A DNA stretch of 64,000 nucleotides. It comes from Candidatus Latescibacterota bacterium (lineage in GTDB: Bacteria; Latescibacterota; UBA2968; GCA-2709665). Made by a program: the position numbers and the translations under genes. Shown piece after piece: positions 11,130 through 22,200 of the stretch; position 1 is the stretch's first letter; the number at the start of each line of letters is the position of its first letter. The stretch is taken from positions 928,001 to 992,000 of the forward strand of contig CBDDDZ010000005.1 of assembly GCA_965226795.1 (NCBI GenBank), in the 5' to 3' direction. Under the pieces are notes generated by a model. The model searched no databases and had not been told where the DNA came from. It was given only the letters and a program-made list of their open reading frames with translations.

Positions 11130-12471
11130 TCAGATAGAAATCGACATCGAGCGGCTGGACCGACGGGGAAACGGGTTGGGTCGGATGGGCGCCTACACCT
11201 TGCTGGTGAGAGGCGCAGTGCCTGGAGACCGGGTCCGGGCGCGGGTGCGCAAGGTCAGAAACCGATTGTGGCGGGCTGAAGCTAGGCTGGAGGAGCTTCT
11301 CTCCACCGATATTCAGCGGACCAGTGCGAAATGTTCTCACTTTGGGCTATGCGGCGGGTGTTTGTGGCAGGATATACCCTATAAGGACCAGGTTCGATTG
11401 AAGCAGGACATGTTGCGGACCTGCTTGGTGGAGGCCGGAATTGATGCGGAACCCGACGCGCCGATACCTTCCGGGGAACCCTTTTTCTACCGGAACAAGA
11501 TGGAATTCTCCTTTGGCTCGTCGCCGGACGGGCGGACCGAGGTGGGGTTGCACGTTTGGGGGCGTTTCGACCGTGTATTCGACCTGGATGCCTGTTATCT
11601 GCAGTCGGACACGTCCAACCGGATCGTTGAACGCGTGCGGAGCCTTACCAGGTCGCTCTCCGTTTACCATTTAAAACGGCACGAAGGCCTGCTCAGATTC
11701 CTGACCATACGTGAGGGTAAACTGACGGGTGAGACCATGGTTGTGCTGACCACGTCTGGAGAGGCGTTTCCCGAGGCCGAGACGTTGGGAAAGATGCTGG
11801 AGGAGACGTTTCCTGAGGTGAAGAGTGTGATCCGAAGCGTCAATCTGCGACGAGCTCAGGTGGCCACAGGCGACCGTGAAGAGGTGCTTGCGGGGATGGG
11901 TGCCGTCAAAGAAAAATTGGGGGATTTCACGTTCGAGATATCGCCGGGTTCATTTTTTCAGACCAACACCCGCCAGGCCCAGCATCTTTACAGACGGGTG
12001 GTTGAGTTGGCTGAACCGGGTCCGGATGACCGGATTCTGGATGTGTATTGTGGAACAGGCGCGATTTCGTTGTATTTGTCGCAGAACGCAGGCCACGTTC
12101 TGGGCATTGAACTCGTCGAAGGGGCGGTTCGTGATGCGGTTCGCAACAGCGCGATAAACGGCGTGTCCAACTGCCGGTTCATCGCGGGTGCGGCGGAAGA
12201 TATCCTGTGGCAGATCCGGGAGCAGGGCGAACGATTTGAAACCGTGGTCACCGATCCCCCGCGGCCGGGTATGCATTTGAAGGCGATAACCGCGATCTGT
12301 GATCTGCGTCCGGAGCGCATCGTGTATGTCTCGTGCAATCCGGAGGCGTTGGGTACGGACCTGAAGCGCCTGGAGGCCGCAGGTTACAAGACGGATTACG
12401 TACAGCTCGTGGATATGTTTCCCCATACACCGCACTGCGAGGTCGTGGCACGGTTGAGGAACCAGGCCTGA
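11107..12471 (+). CDS. rlmD: 23S rRNA m5U methyltransferase RlmD/RumA family (TRAM domain plus 4Fe-4S Cys motif)
   Basis: CSHFGLCGGCLWQ, YRNKMEFSF, SFFQTN, DVYCGTG, DPPRPG, YVSCNP, DMFPHTPHCE. Confidence 0.92.
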   Translation: MLKPRRGDQIEIDIERLDRRGNGLGRMGAYTLLVRGAVPGDRVRARVRKVRNRLWRAEARLEELLSTDIQRTSAKCSHFGLCGGCLWQDIPYKDQVRLKQDMLRTCLVEAGIDAEPDAPIPSGEPFFYRNKMEFSFGSSPDGRTEVGLHVWGRFDRVFDLDACYLQSDTSNRIVERVRSLTRSLSVYHLKRHEGLLRFLTIREGKLTGETMVVLTTSGEAFPEAETLGKMLEETFPEVKSVIRSVNLRRAQVATGDREEVLAGMGAVKEKLGDFTFEISPGSFFQTNTRQAQHLYRRVVELAEPGPDDRILDVYCGTGAISLYLSQNAGHVLGIELVEGAVRDAVRNSAINGVSNCRFIAGAAEDILWQIREQGERFETVVTDPPRPGMHLKAITAICDLRPERIVYVSCNPEALGTDLKRLEAAGYKTDYVQLVDMFPHTPHCEVVARLRNQA

Positions 12472-12555
12472 CGATCCGGTTTGTCGCAGGATATGGACAA
12501 AACAAAGCAGAGGACTTATACATCCTCTGCTTTTTCGGTTTTTCGAACCGGCAGT

Positions 12556-13029
12556 TCAATCCCTGCTGATATCCAGAATCTCATATGCGAGCGTACCCAC
12601 CGGAACCTTCGCTTCCACCTGTTCTCCAACGCTTTTACCCAGAAGAGCGCGGCCAACGGGGGATTGTGTCGAGATCTTGTTCTGTTCGAAATCGGCCTCG
12701 TCGGTCGATACCAGCGTATACCGGATCTGTTCTCCGGTTCTGCGGTCCTTTATCGTGACCGTGGCGCCGAGATAGGCCTTATCCTTGGCAATAAGGCTCT
12801 CGTCGATGATTTCAGACCGAACCAGTTTATCGTGGAGTTCGGCGATCTTTTTCTCGACGAACATCTGTCGCTCTTTTGCGCTATGGTATTCCGCGTTCTC
12901 GCTCAGGTCTCCATGTTCCCGGGCTCTGGAGATGGCCTCGATAACCGTCGGCCGTTCCCGGGTTCTGAGACGCTCCAGTTCAGTCCGGATCTTCCTGTAA
13001 CCGTCTCGTGTGAGGTAAATCCGATCCAT
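12556..13029 (-). CDS. greA: Transcription elongation factor GreA
   Basis: AREHGDLSENAEYHSAKE, ISTQSPVGRALLGK motifs. Confidence 0.96.
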   Translation of the reverse strand: MDRIYLTRDGYRKIRTELERLRTRERPTVIEAISRAREHGDLSENAEYHSAKERQMFVEKKIAELHDKLVRSEIIDESLIAKDKAYLGATVTIKDRRTGEQIRYTLVSTDEADFEQNKISTQSPVGRALLGKSVGEQVEAKVPVGTLAYEILDISRD

Positions 13030-13086
13030 TGTCGTGTCTCACTCCCTCGATTGCGGATTTCAGGGACTCGCGGGCCCTGTAATTTT

Positions 13087-13126
13087 AAGAAAAAATACCG
13101 GGGATCCGAATCTGAGGACGGCCCCG
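13087..13126 (-). terminator. Terminator-like hairpin plus U-tract within the greA 5' leader (possible attenuator)
   Basis: Minus strand CGGGG-CC-GTCC-TCAGATTC-GGAT-CCCCG followed by GTATTTTTTCTT, between the putative promoter and the greA start. Confidence 0.55.
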
Positions 13127-13181
13127 CCGTGTACGTCGAAAACGATGGTGGTGAATCCGAAAATGGACTCTAAGATGCTTA

Positions 13182-13210
13182 AAAATAAGATCTTTTTTGA
13201 ACAAAGTCAA
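13182..13210 (-). promoter_or_regulatory. Putative sigma70 promoter for greA
   Basis: Minus strand TTGACT-N17-TATTTT. Confidence 0.55.
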
Positions 13211-13237
13211 GATCAAAAGGACCCGGGGAGGTTCGGT

Positions 13238-13266
13238 TTGACATCTTCGACAAAGGTTGGTATACT
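13238..13266 (+). promoter_or_regulatory. Near-consensus sigma70 promoter for the DapA-family/adenylate kinase genes
   Basis: TTGACA-N17-TATACT about 60 nt upstream of ATG 13326. Confidence 0.75.
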
Positions 13267-13325
13267 ATACGTTTGGTGAAACCTTCCCCAAGAAAAAATG
13301 CTGCGGGAACCTTGTGAGGGTGGGA

Positions 13326-14234
13326 ATGGATACCACGTTTGTGCGCGGGCTTATTCCGGCACTCATTACCCCGATGACCTGCGACGAGGCGCTGGATGAA
13401 GCTGGCCTTGAGCGGCTGCTGAATTACGTGATAGCCGCGGGCGCGCACGGCGTATTTGTGGGAGGTACCGCCGGGGAGTCCTGGGCGTTGAGCGTGGAGG
13501 AGAAGATACGGCTTTACCAGTGGACCGTCGGCTATACAGCCGGACGAGTCCCGGTTTATGTGGGAACGGCGGCGAATTGCACAGGCGAGGCCGTGCGGCT
13601 GGCGGAAGCGGCACAGATGGCTGGGGCCGATTGTCTTTCCGTGCTCACGCCTTTCTTTGTCACGCCCGATCCGGGGGAGATGTTCAACCATTTTTCGGCT
13701 ATCGCCCGCGCAGTAGACCTGCCGGTGCTTTTATACGATCTGCCGGCGAGAACGGGTAACAGCCTCTCGGTCGATCTGGTGATGCGCCTGGCGGGGTCAT
13801 TCGGAAATATCGTCGGTATTAAAGACAGTTCGGGTGATTTTGCCCGGACACTCGACTACCTGCGGTACGCTCCCGAGGGATTTCGTGTTATCATGGGGCG
13901 CGACACGCTGATTTACGCCGCTTTGGTCCACGGCGCGGCAGGGGCAATTGCCGCAAGCGCCAATGTGGCGCCCGAACTGGGGGTTGGCGTTTACGAGCGG
14001 TACACGGCCGGGGACGCGGAAGGCGCCCTGGGTTTCCAGAAGCGCCTTGCTCCGTTGCGATCCGCGTTTTCGTTGGGAACCCATCCGGCAATGCTCAAGG
14101 CCGGGGCAGAACTCGTGGGCGCCGCCGGAGGACCACCCCGTCGACCCGTGAGCAGATTGTCGGGTAGCAATCTGCAAGCGTTGAAAGTCCTGCTTTCAAA
14201 GATGGGAAAGCTGCAATCCTTCGAAGCCGATTGA
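13326..14234 (+). CDS. Dihydrodipicolinate synthase (DapA/NanA) family class I aldolase/lyase
   Basis: ALITP, GGTAGES, LLYDLPARTG, GIKDSSG (Schiff-base Lys). GTAGE rather than GTTGE, so the substrate is uncertain. Confidence 0.85.
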   Translation: MDTTFVRGLIPALITPMTCDEALDEAGLERLLNYVIAAGAHGVFVGGTAGESWALSVEEKIRLYQWTVGYTAGRVPVYVGTAANCTGEAVRLAEAAQMAGADCLSVLTPFFVTPDPGEMFNHFSAIARAVDLPVLLYDLPARTGNSLSVDLVMRLAGSFGNIVGIKDSSGDFARTLDYLRYAPEGFRVIMGRDTLIYAALVHGAAGAIAASANVAPELGVGVYERYTAGDAEGALGFQKRLAPLRSAFSLGTHPAMLKAGAELVGAAGGPPRRPVSRLSGSNLQALKVLLSKMGKLQSFEAD

Positions 14235-14279
14235 ATGACTTCAATGGCCAGAGGCCTGAACGTATTGAGGAGCGGCGGA

Positions 14280-14894
14280 ATGATCGATCAACGGGAAAAA
14301 CATCGTGCAATTCTGGTCGTTGGAGCGCCCGGATCGGGCAAGGGCACGCAGGGAAAAATACTCGGGAAGATTCCGGGATTCCATCATCTGGCCTGTGGGG
14401 ACGTGTTCAGGTCGCTGGATCCGAGCAGCGAGCTGGGCAAGATCTTTCTGGCCTACTCGGGCAAAGGCCGGCTGGTCCCGGACCAGTTCACCGTTCAACT
14501 GTGCCTGGACCATATTCGAGGCGCCATAAATAACGGCAGTTTTCGCCCGGATGAGGAAGTTCTTGTCCTCGACGGCATTCCACGCAATTTGCGCCAGGCC
14601 GAAATGATGGCGGATTATATCGACCTCAACCTGCTCATCTATCTGGATATAGCCGATGACAACGTTCTGGTCACACGTGCGCTGCGTCGGGCGCTCCGAG
14701 AAAACCGGCTCGATGATGCAAACGAAGCGGTAATAAGGCGCCGCCTGCGTGAATTCGAGCGGGAAACCGCGCCTCTACTGGACTATTATCCGGCCGAGGT
14801 GATACGCAGGCTTGACGGGGAACAGAAACCGGTAGACGTCTTGCACGAAGTAATCGGAATCATCCAGGAAGTTTATACGGTCACCGGTATCTGA
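14280..14894 (+). CDS. adk: Adenylate kinase family nucleoside monophosphate kinase (short LID)
   Basis: P-loop GAPGSGKGTQ, GDVFR, GRLVPD, LDGIPR, RLDD motifs; RBS GAGGAG. Confidence 0.8.
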   Translation: MIDQREKHRAILVVGAPGSGKGTQGKILGKIPGFHHLACGDVFRSLDPSSELGKIFLAYSGKGRLVPDQFTVQLCLDHIRGAINNGSFRPDEEVLVLDGIPRNLRQAEMMADYIDLNLLIYLDIADDNVLVTRALRRALRENRLDDANEAVIRRRLREFERETAPLLDYYPAEVIRRLDGEQKPVDVLHEVIGIIQEVYTVTGI

Positions 14895-15084
14895 AGCCCG
14901 CAGCCTGTTCGGGTGGATTAACGCCGTCTGTTTTTTCAGGCGGCCGTCGTATTTTCAGAGGTGGCGGAAGTTGGCGTCGCGGGATTGAGGTCGATTGGGT
15001 TCCGCGCAACCTTACCACATGTCGGAAACACGACGCTGTTCATTTGCGGTTCAATCCGCACCATATGGGGGACCATCTGAAGGC

Positions 15085-18000
15085 ATGTTTAGAGTGTGTA
15101 TCGGCTTGATTCTCCTGTTTGTGGTCCCGCCGCGCACGGAAGCGCGCTCGATGAAGGATTGGACGGTGTACCGGCAGGAAGACGGACTTGCCCACAACAT
15201 GGTGACGGCAGTCGTAGAGGCGCGAGACGGCGCACTCTGGTTCGCCACACGGGAGGGTATATCCCGCTATGACGGTCGTACATGGCGCACCTATGGCGAA
15301 GAAGAGGGATTGCCCGGCAGCGGTTTCAGCGAGCTCTTCGAAGCGGAGAACGGCATACTATGGGCCACCGGGGGACTCGGATTTCGTGGGCAGGCAGAAA
15401 ACCACATCGCCCGTCTGACGGGCGACCGGTGGGAACCGGTCAAACTGCCCGGAAACCTTGCGGACGTCGGCGTGGGACCGATCGTCGGCGTCGACGAGGG
15501 CGGCCTCTGTTTTGCAACGGCGGGTCTGGGGATACTCCATTATGCCGGTGACGAATGGAAGACCATCGACCAAGAGGATGGACTGGCGTCCAACCATGTG
15601 CAATGTCTCTTTCGTTCGAAAGACGGGGCCGTGTGGGCGGCGTACGCGGGGCGGCGCCCGGGCGCGCCGTTTTCACCCCCGTCCAGACACGGGCCCGGTC
15701 GGGGGGTCAGCCGGTACGACCCGGAAACGAAAGGATGGAAGCAGGTGGCCGCGCCCAGCGAACTGGCGATGGGCGCCGTGACCGCGATGGCACAGGCGAC
15801 CGACGGCGCCGTCTGGCTGGGGACCGAAAACCGGGGGGTATTGCGTTACGACGGTATAAATTGGCAAGCGTTTGCGGCGGCAGACGGATTGCCCTCTGAT
15901 CGGGTGCTGGCCGTTGCCGCGGCGCCTGATGGGTCAGTATGGGTGGGAACCGTCGGTGGTGTCGTTCGATTCACGACATCTGAAGGGGAATCGCCGGCCG
16001 GGGGTCGCTGGCGAATTCTTCAGGTCTTTACGGAAGAGAACGGCCTCCCCAGCAATCTGGTCACATCCGTCCGTGCTGGCAGGGACGGAACCGTCTGGGT
16101 GGGAACGGCGTGGGGTGTCGCGCGGTACGGCGCAACGGGATGGGATCACCACGATCGGTGGGCGGGCGCGGACGACAGGGGCGGCGTCGCCCTTGAGCGT
16201 ACGGACGATGGACGCCTATGGGCGGCCACCGGAGAAGGGATTTACGGTTTCGAGCGTGGCATCTGGGAGAAGGTGTACCGAATGCGAACCGGACGCCGCC
16301 GTCCCGGGTTCGGGCGTGTTGTAGATCTGAGGAGAGCAAAGGGCGGCAAAATGTGGGCGGCAATCGATCGGCGGGTGGTGAGTTTTGATGGGACAGACTG
16401 GAAGGTGTTCGAACTGCCCGTAACCGGCCCGAGGTCTCGCATTCTGTCGATATTTCCGGCGCATGCGGGTGGCGTTTGGGTGGGCACGCGACGTGGATTG
16501 TTTCGATTCGATGGAAAGGATTGGTCGGCGCATACGCCGGAAATCGAAGGAGGGGTGAGCGCGATTTACGAGTCAGACGACGGTACTCTCTGGCTTGGCG
16601 CCGATGGCGGTGTGGTTCTTGAGAGGGACGGTGAACGTCGGGTTTTTACGTCAGTCGACGGGTTGCCTGGCGAGCCGGTCATCGCCCTGGCGGAGACGCA
16701 CGGTGCGGTCTGGGCCGCAACGCGATTCAAGGGGATGTTTCGGTACAATCAGGGCGGGTGGGAGGCTGTGCCTAAGGGAGATCAAACGGTTTTCGGGGGG
16801 GCACACCGGCTTTTCGTGGATGACGATGGCATACTCTGGTTGGCATCACTTGCGATCGGGGCGGTTCATACCGACGGTAAGACTTGGACGCGTTATACGA
16901 CGCGCAGCGGCCTTCCCGGTGCCCGGGTGTGGGACATCGCGCAGGACAGGTACGGACGGTTATGGTTTGCCACGGAGAAGGGACTGGGATGCTATTCGCG
17001 GGACACCGATGCGCCTGAAACCACGCTGTCGATGCCTTCCGACGAGGTAGCGCCCTACCAGAGTATCCTGTTCAAGTTCTCCGGTCAGGACGCGTGGAAA
17101 CAGACACCGACACGCGAGTTGAAATACGCCTGGAGGCTCAATGGAGAGGTCTGGATGCCGTTTATTCGGGTCAGAACGCCTGGAATCTGGACGGCGTTTA
17201 CAGCTGAAGATTATACGTTTTTGAGTGGGCTCGTTCCCGGCCGTCATACATTTGAAGTTCGTGCGATGGATCGGGAATTCAATATCGATCCGACACCGGC
17301 GCAACATCATTTTGTGGTTCTGGCGCCCGTGTGGCGGCGTCCGTGGTTCGTCGCCCTGAGTGTATTCTCAATCGTGGCCCTCGGCGTATCGTCCGGATAC
17401 GCGCTTCACCGACATCGGCGGTGGCAGGAGGCTCAGGCCCGCCAGATTCACGAATTGGAATCCGAGTTACAGAAAGCGCACCGGATGCAGATGGGCCTGC
17501 TGCCTACGACCCCGATACGAGACGATTCTTTTGAAATCGCGGGGGTCTGCGCGCCCGCGAACCACGTTGGTGGCGATTATTTCAATTATTTCTGGCTGGA
17601 CGAGTCTCGCCGGACACTGGGCTTTGGCGCGGCAGACGTGTCGGGAAAGGCGATGGAGGCGGCCGTCCACGCGATGCAGTTAAGCGGCATTTTCCGATAC
17701 GAATTTCGAGGCAAAAAACCGCTTGCCGAGGTTGCGAGGAGGCTGGACGAGGATTTAAGGGAGCAGATGGATGAGGCCAGCTTTGTCACCTGCTGCCTTG
17801 GCACGCTGGATCTTGAGACACGGTGCGTGCAACTGATCAATGCCGCTCATCCCTTCCCGTACCATTATTGCGCCAGCGCACATGAATTGCGCACGATTCA
17901 CCTGCCGTCCATTCCGCTGGGCATGGTGTTGCCTCCGGGAAGTCCCGGCGGGCACGCCGAGGCCACCATCCGGGTCGCACCGGATGATTTGCTTGTGTTC

Positions 18001-18267
18001 TACAGCGATGGCGTGACCGATATGAGAAACGTGGCCGGTGAATTCTACGAGACAGATCGGCTGGAACGAACGATCAAGGCGCATATTCGGGAAAGCGCCG
18101 GGGACCTGGTCTCGGTAATCCTCGAAGACGTTTACCGTTTCAAGGGTGATGCGCCTCAGCCGGACGATATGACGCTTCTGGTGATTCGAATGCTGGAATG
18201 GGGCGTGCGGACACCGGTGGGTGAGGCTGTCGAGCGCAGTGGGGTGCGCGCGGCGGGCGACGTGTGA
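15085..18267 (+). CDS. Membrane sensor: signal peptide, two-component-regulator beta-propeller repeats, Y_Y_Y-like domain, TM helix and SpoIIE/PP2C phosphatase
   Basis: Repeated DGLxxNxV...DGxxWxGT units; GRHTFEVRAMD; PVWRRPWF plus TM segment; AHRMQMGLLP, VGGDYF, ADVSGK, YSDGVTD, DDMTLL. Confidence 0.88.
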   Translation: MFRVCIGLILLFVVPPRTEARSMKDWTVYRQEDGLAHNMVTAVVEARDGALWFATREGISRYDGRTWRTYGEEEGLPGSGFSELFEAENGILWATGGLGFRGQAENHIARLTGDRWEPVKLPGNLADVGVGPIVGVDEGGLCFATAGLGILHYAGDEWKTIDQEDGLASNHVQCLFRSKDGAVWAAYAGRRPGAPFSPPSRHGPGRGVSRYDPETKGWKQVAAPSELAMGAVTAMAQATDGAVWLGTENRGVLRYDGINWQAFAAADGLPSDRVLAVAAAPDGSVWVGTVGGVVRFTTSEGESPAGGRWRILQVFTEENGLPSNLVTSVRAGRDGTVWVGTAWGVARYGATGWDHHDRWAGADDRGGVALERTDDGRLWAATGEGIYGFERGIWEKVYRMRTGRRRPGFGRVVDLRRAKGGKMWAAIDRRVVSFDGTDWKVFELPVTGPRSRILSIFPAHAGGVWVGTRRGLFRFDGKDWSAHTPEIEGGVSAIYESDDGTLWLGADGGVVLERDGERRVFTSVDGLPGEPVIALAETHGAVWAATRFKGMFRYNQGGWEAVPKGDQTVFGGAHRLFVDDDGILWLASLAIGAVHTDGKTWTRYTTRSGLPGARVWDIAQDRYGRLWFATEKGLGCYSRDTDAPETTLSMPSDEVAPYQSILFKFSGQDAWKQTPTRELKYAWRLNGEVWMPFIRVRTPGIWTAFTAEDYTFLSGLVPGRHTFEVRAMDREFNIDPTPAQHHFVVLAPVWRRPWFVALSVFSIVALGVSSGYALHRHRRWQEAQARQIHELESELQKAHRMQMGLLPTTPIRDDSFEIAGVCAPANHVGGDYFNYFWLDESRRTLGFGAADVSGKAMEAAVHAMQLSGIFRYEFRGKKPLAEVARRLDEDLREQMDEASFVTCCLGTLDLETRCVQLINAAHPFPYHYCASAHELRTIHLPSIPLGMVLPPGSPGGHAEATIRVAPDDLLVFYSDGVTDMRNVAGEFYETDRLERTIKAHIRESAGDLVSVILEDVYRFKGDAPQPDDMTLLVIRMLEWGVRTPVGEAVERSGVRAAGDV

Positions 18268-18308
18268 AAAGGGCCTCGTCGGCGTTCGTTTGCGTCCGTG
18301 GGGTCGGA

Positions 18309-19154
18309 TCAGGCGATTCTTTTCTCCGCGGATTCCACGGTCTGGGTGATTAGCGTGGCAATGGTCATCGGCCCGACGCCACCGGGCACCGGGGTGTACG
18401 CCGCGCATCTGTGGACGACGACCGAGAGTTCCACGTCTCCGACTGGGCCCGGATGGTAACCGGCGTCGATGACAACGGCGTTGTCTGCGATCCAGTCGGC
18501 CTTGATGAACTCCGGTTGCCCTACTGCGCCAACAACAATGTCGGCCGTGCGGACAATTCGGGGCAGATTTCGGGTTCTGGAATGACAGATGGTCACGGTG
18601 GCGTTTGCATTCAGCAGCATCATGGCCATCGGTTTGCCCAGAATTGGGCTTCGACCGATGACGACGGCGTTTCTGCCTTCCAGCGGAATATCGTATTGAA
18701 AAAGAAGCTTCATGATGCCTTCGGGTGTTGCCGCGCCGTAGGCTGACGCCCCCATAGCCATGAGGCCGAAGCCCTGCGCGGTGACGCCATCCACGTCCTT
18801 TTCGGTCGAGATCCGGTCGAAGCACGTCCGCTCGTGGATGTGGGAGGGAACCGGGTGCTGGAGAAGAATTCCGTGCACGTCGGGATTGGCGTTGAGTTTG
18901 TCGATCTCGGCCAGGAGTTCGCGTGTGGTGGTTTCTTCCGATAACAGGACTTTCAATGAGTCCATGCCCACCCGATTGCAAGCGTTGCCCTTCATTCTCA
19001 CGTAGGTGGCCGAGGCGGGGTCGTCTCCAACCAGGATGGTGGCCAGGACGGGGACCTGACCGCCCGCCCTTCCCTTGATACGTGCAACGCGGCTCTTTAG
19101 TTCAGTTTCAATTTGCCTGGCAAGCGATTTGCCGTCCAGAACTGTTGCAACCAT
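18309..19154 (-). CDS. folD: Bifunctional methylenetetrahydrofolate dehydrogenase/cyclohydrolase FolD
   Basis: [48 protein letters not shown] at 19154 after GGAGG. Confidence 0.96.
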   Translation of the reverse strand: MVATVLDGKSLARQIETELKSRVARIKGRAGGQVPVLATILVGDDPASATYVRMKGNACNRVGMDSLKVLLSEETTTRELLAEIDKLNANPDVHGILLQHPVPSHIHERTCFDRISTEKDVDGVTAQGFGLMAMGASAYGAATPEGIMKLLFQYDIPLEGRNAVVIGRSPILGKPMAMMLLNANATVTICHSRTRNLPRIVRTADIVVGAVGQPEFIKADWIADNAVVIDAGYHPGPVGDVELSVVVHRCAAYTPVPGGVGPMTIATLITQTVESAEKRIA

Positions 19155-19274
19155 CGCGCCTCCCTGTGCTACCATACACCCGGGAATGGATACGGCGGCC
19201 TCACCGCTGCGGAGTCTATCCGTCTGATAACTGGCGGCGAACCTCACGCTCCGAAATCCGACCTCAGCGAATGC

Positions 19275-22200
19275 TCAAATTTCCTCGCACCATTCTCGGG
19301 CGTTCTGGAAGATCTGCAGCCAGGGCGAAGCACTCAGGCAATGCTTCCAGGATTCCGGCATCCAGCCCCATTGCCATTTCAAAAATGCTCGCTCGGGATG
19401 TGGCATCATCGCCAGATGGCGTCCGTCAGGGGAACATAGGGCGGCGATGCCGTGTGGAGATCCATTGGGATTGTACGGATAGGTTTCGGTTGTGCGATTT
19501 CCGTCGTTTACGTATCTGACGGGAGCCAGGTTGTCCCTGATGACGCGTTCCATCGTTTCCGGGTTGGGAAAATGGATCCGGCCCTCTCCGTGTGCAACCC
19601 AGATGCCCAGGGAAGCGCCGGCCATGTTCCTGAGCATCACCGCCGGACTTTCCTGGATCCACGCCGTGACGAAGCGTGACTCAAAACGCCCCGATGTATT
19701 CTGTATAAAGCGCGGTTGAACCCTTGTCTCGATTCCCGGCCAGGGCACCCATCCGAGCAGGGCCATCAACTGGCAGCCGTTACATACTCCCAGACTGAAT
19801 GTGTCAGGCCGTTCGTAGAACGATTGAAACTGATCCCGTAGACGCGGACTGAACCGGATAACCCCGGCCCAGCCCTTGGCGGAGTCCAGGACGTCGGCAT
19901 AGCTGAATCCACCTACAAAGGCGACGCCGCGAAAGACGTCCAGCCGGATCCGATCGGCCTGAAGATCGGACATCGTCACGTCCCACGGTTCCAGGCCCGC
20001 GGCATGGAACGCGGAGGCCATTTCACGGTCACCGTTGCTGCCTTCCTCGCGGACGATGGCAACGGGAATCTTGATTTCAGATTCCATTATTTCGGGCGCT
20101 GTCGGCGCAGGCGTGAACGGAAGGTTGTATCGGGGTCCGGTGCGCTGTCTCAGCGAAAGGCGTTCCTGTTCTACACACTGCGGGTTTGCCTGAAGTTGCT
20201 CGAGACGGTAGCTCGTTTCCTCCCAGAGGTCACGCAGGTTCTCCATGTGGTCTTCGAGTACCGTTATGCCGTTCAGGGCGATACGTACCGAAGTGTTCGC
20301 CGTGGTATTACCGATCGGAACACAGGGCACTTCAGCGGCTCTGAGGGTATCGAGAACGTGTTGTACTCTCTTGGCGCTCACTTCGAAAACCAGGCCCAAC
20401 TCCTCGGAGAAGAGAGACGCGATCGGATCTGAGGATGTCGGAAGATCGACGCGGATGCCGCAGTTTCCGGCGAAGGCCATTTCGAGCAGGCTGGTGAGGA
20501 TGCCGCCGTCGCTCCGGTCGTGGCCTGCGGACACGACCTTTTCGTCAATGAGCTGCTGCATGGCGTTGAACGCACGTTTAAGCAGACCGGGGTCGTCCAA
20601 GTCTGGCGGTGTATTGCCGATCTGGCTATACACCTGGGCGAGGGCCGAGCCCCCCAGGCGGGTCTTGCCGCGGGCGAGGTCGATGAAGAGCAGTTGACCT
20701 TCGTCGGGGAGTTTCAGGTCCGGTGTGACGGTTTTGGTGACATCCGGACAAGTTACATAGGCCGAAATGACCAGTGCACCGGGCGCGGTCACGGTCTCGT
20801 CGTTCCCCTCCGATCCGGGCGCCAGCGCGGCCATGGAAAGACTGTCTTTCCCGCCGTCTATAGCGATACCCAGTTCAAGCATAATATCCACCAGGGACTT
20901 GGCTGCATCGTATAGCGCGGCGCCTTCGCCCGGTAGTTTTGCGGCCCACATCCAGTTTCCAGAGCATTTGACGTCTTCCAATGCGCTGATCTGGGCCCAC
21001 ACCAGATTGGTTAGCGCTTCTCCGACACTCATCCGAGCCATCGCCTCGGGGTTCAGCAGGCCGATTACAGGTTGTTCCCCAATGGCCGTTGCGGCGCCTG
21101 TTGTGCCGAAGTGGCTCTGCGCGATCACGGCCACGTCCGAAACCGTGAGTTGGAGAGGCCCGGCGCATTGCTGCCGGGCAACCAGGCCGGTTACGCTCCG
21201 GTCGACCTTGTTGGTCAGAAAACGTTTGGAGCCAACCGACACGAGGCGCAGTACTCTCTCCAATGCGGACGCTACGGTGATGTTTTCGGGCAGATGGAGA
21301 GGCGTCAGTTCGGCCGGTTTACGGAACAATTCAAAGTTCTTGCGCGGCATGTCGCCCAGCACTTTGTCCAGTTCCAGGTCGACGGGGGTCGTGTTGTCGG
21401 CTTCGTCATAGAGGACGATTCTTCCGTTTCCCGTTACGTGCCCCACAAAGGCCGCCTGTATCTTCTCCCGCCTGCACAGGGCCTTGAACGCGTCCTCGTG
21501 CCGGGGATGCAAAAGCAGGGCATCGTTTTCCTGGTATTCTGCGCCCCAGATTTCCAGCACGGAAAGCGACCGGTCGCCAACAGGCAGCGCGCGAACGCGG
21601 ATTCGGGCGCCTTCCGGCGCTACGATTTCCTTGAGTACGTTGCAGTTTCCGCCGGCCCCCTGGTCGTGGATGCTGACGATGGGGTTCTCCTCGCCCAGTT
21701 CAACGCAGGCGCGGATGACCCGGTTTACTTTCTGCTCCATTTCAGCATCGCCCCGCTGAACGGCGTTGAAGTCCAGTTCCGCCGTGTTCTCACCCTGTAC
21801 CATCGACGAAGCCGCCCCGCCCCCCATCCCGATTCGGTATGCCGGGCCACCGAGTTTGACCACCCACATCTTTTTTTTAGGGCTTCCTTTTTCTGTGTGC
21901 CGGGCATCGATCTGGCCGATGCCGCCGGTGAACATAATGGGTTTGATCCACTCGCGGCGCTGCCCGTTCGGCAATCGAAGACCGAAAGCACGGGTATAGC
22001 CCTGAATGAGCGGTTCGCCGAATTTGTTGCCGTAGTCCGACGCGCCGTTGCTGGCTTCAATCTCGATCCGGAGCGGAGAGGCCATATTGTCGGGATATTC
22101 AAACGCGACGTCCTCCCAGGGCATTTCATAATCGGGAATACGCAAATTGCCCACGCAGTAGGCTGCGGTACCGGCAACGACAAGGGAGCCGCGACCGGCG

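Noticed and set aside
13326..14234. Assigning the gene symbol dapA
   Set aside because: GTAGE replaces GTTGE and there is no dapB, asd or lysC context; it could be another class I aldolase.
19155..19274. ZTP or THF riboswitch upstream of folD
   Set aside because: The conserved motifs (for example GACUGGCG...CGCCUGGGCA) are not seen on the coding strand.
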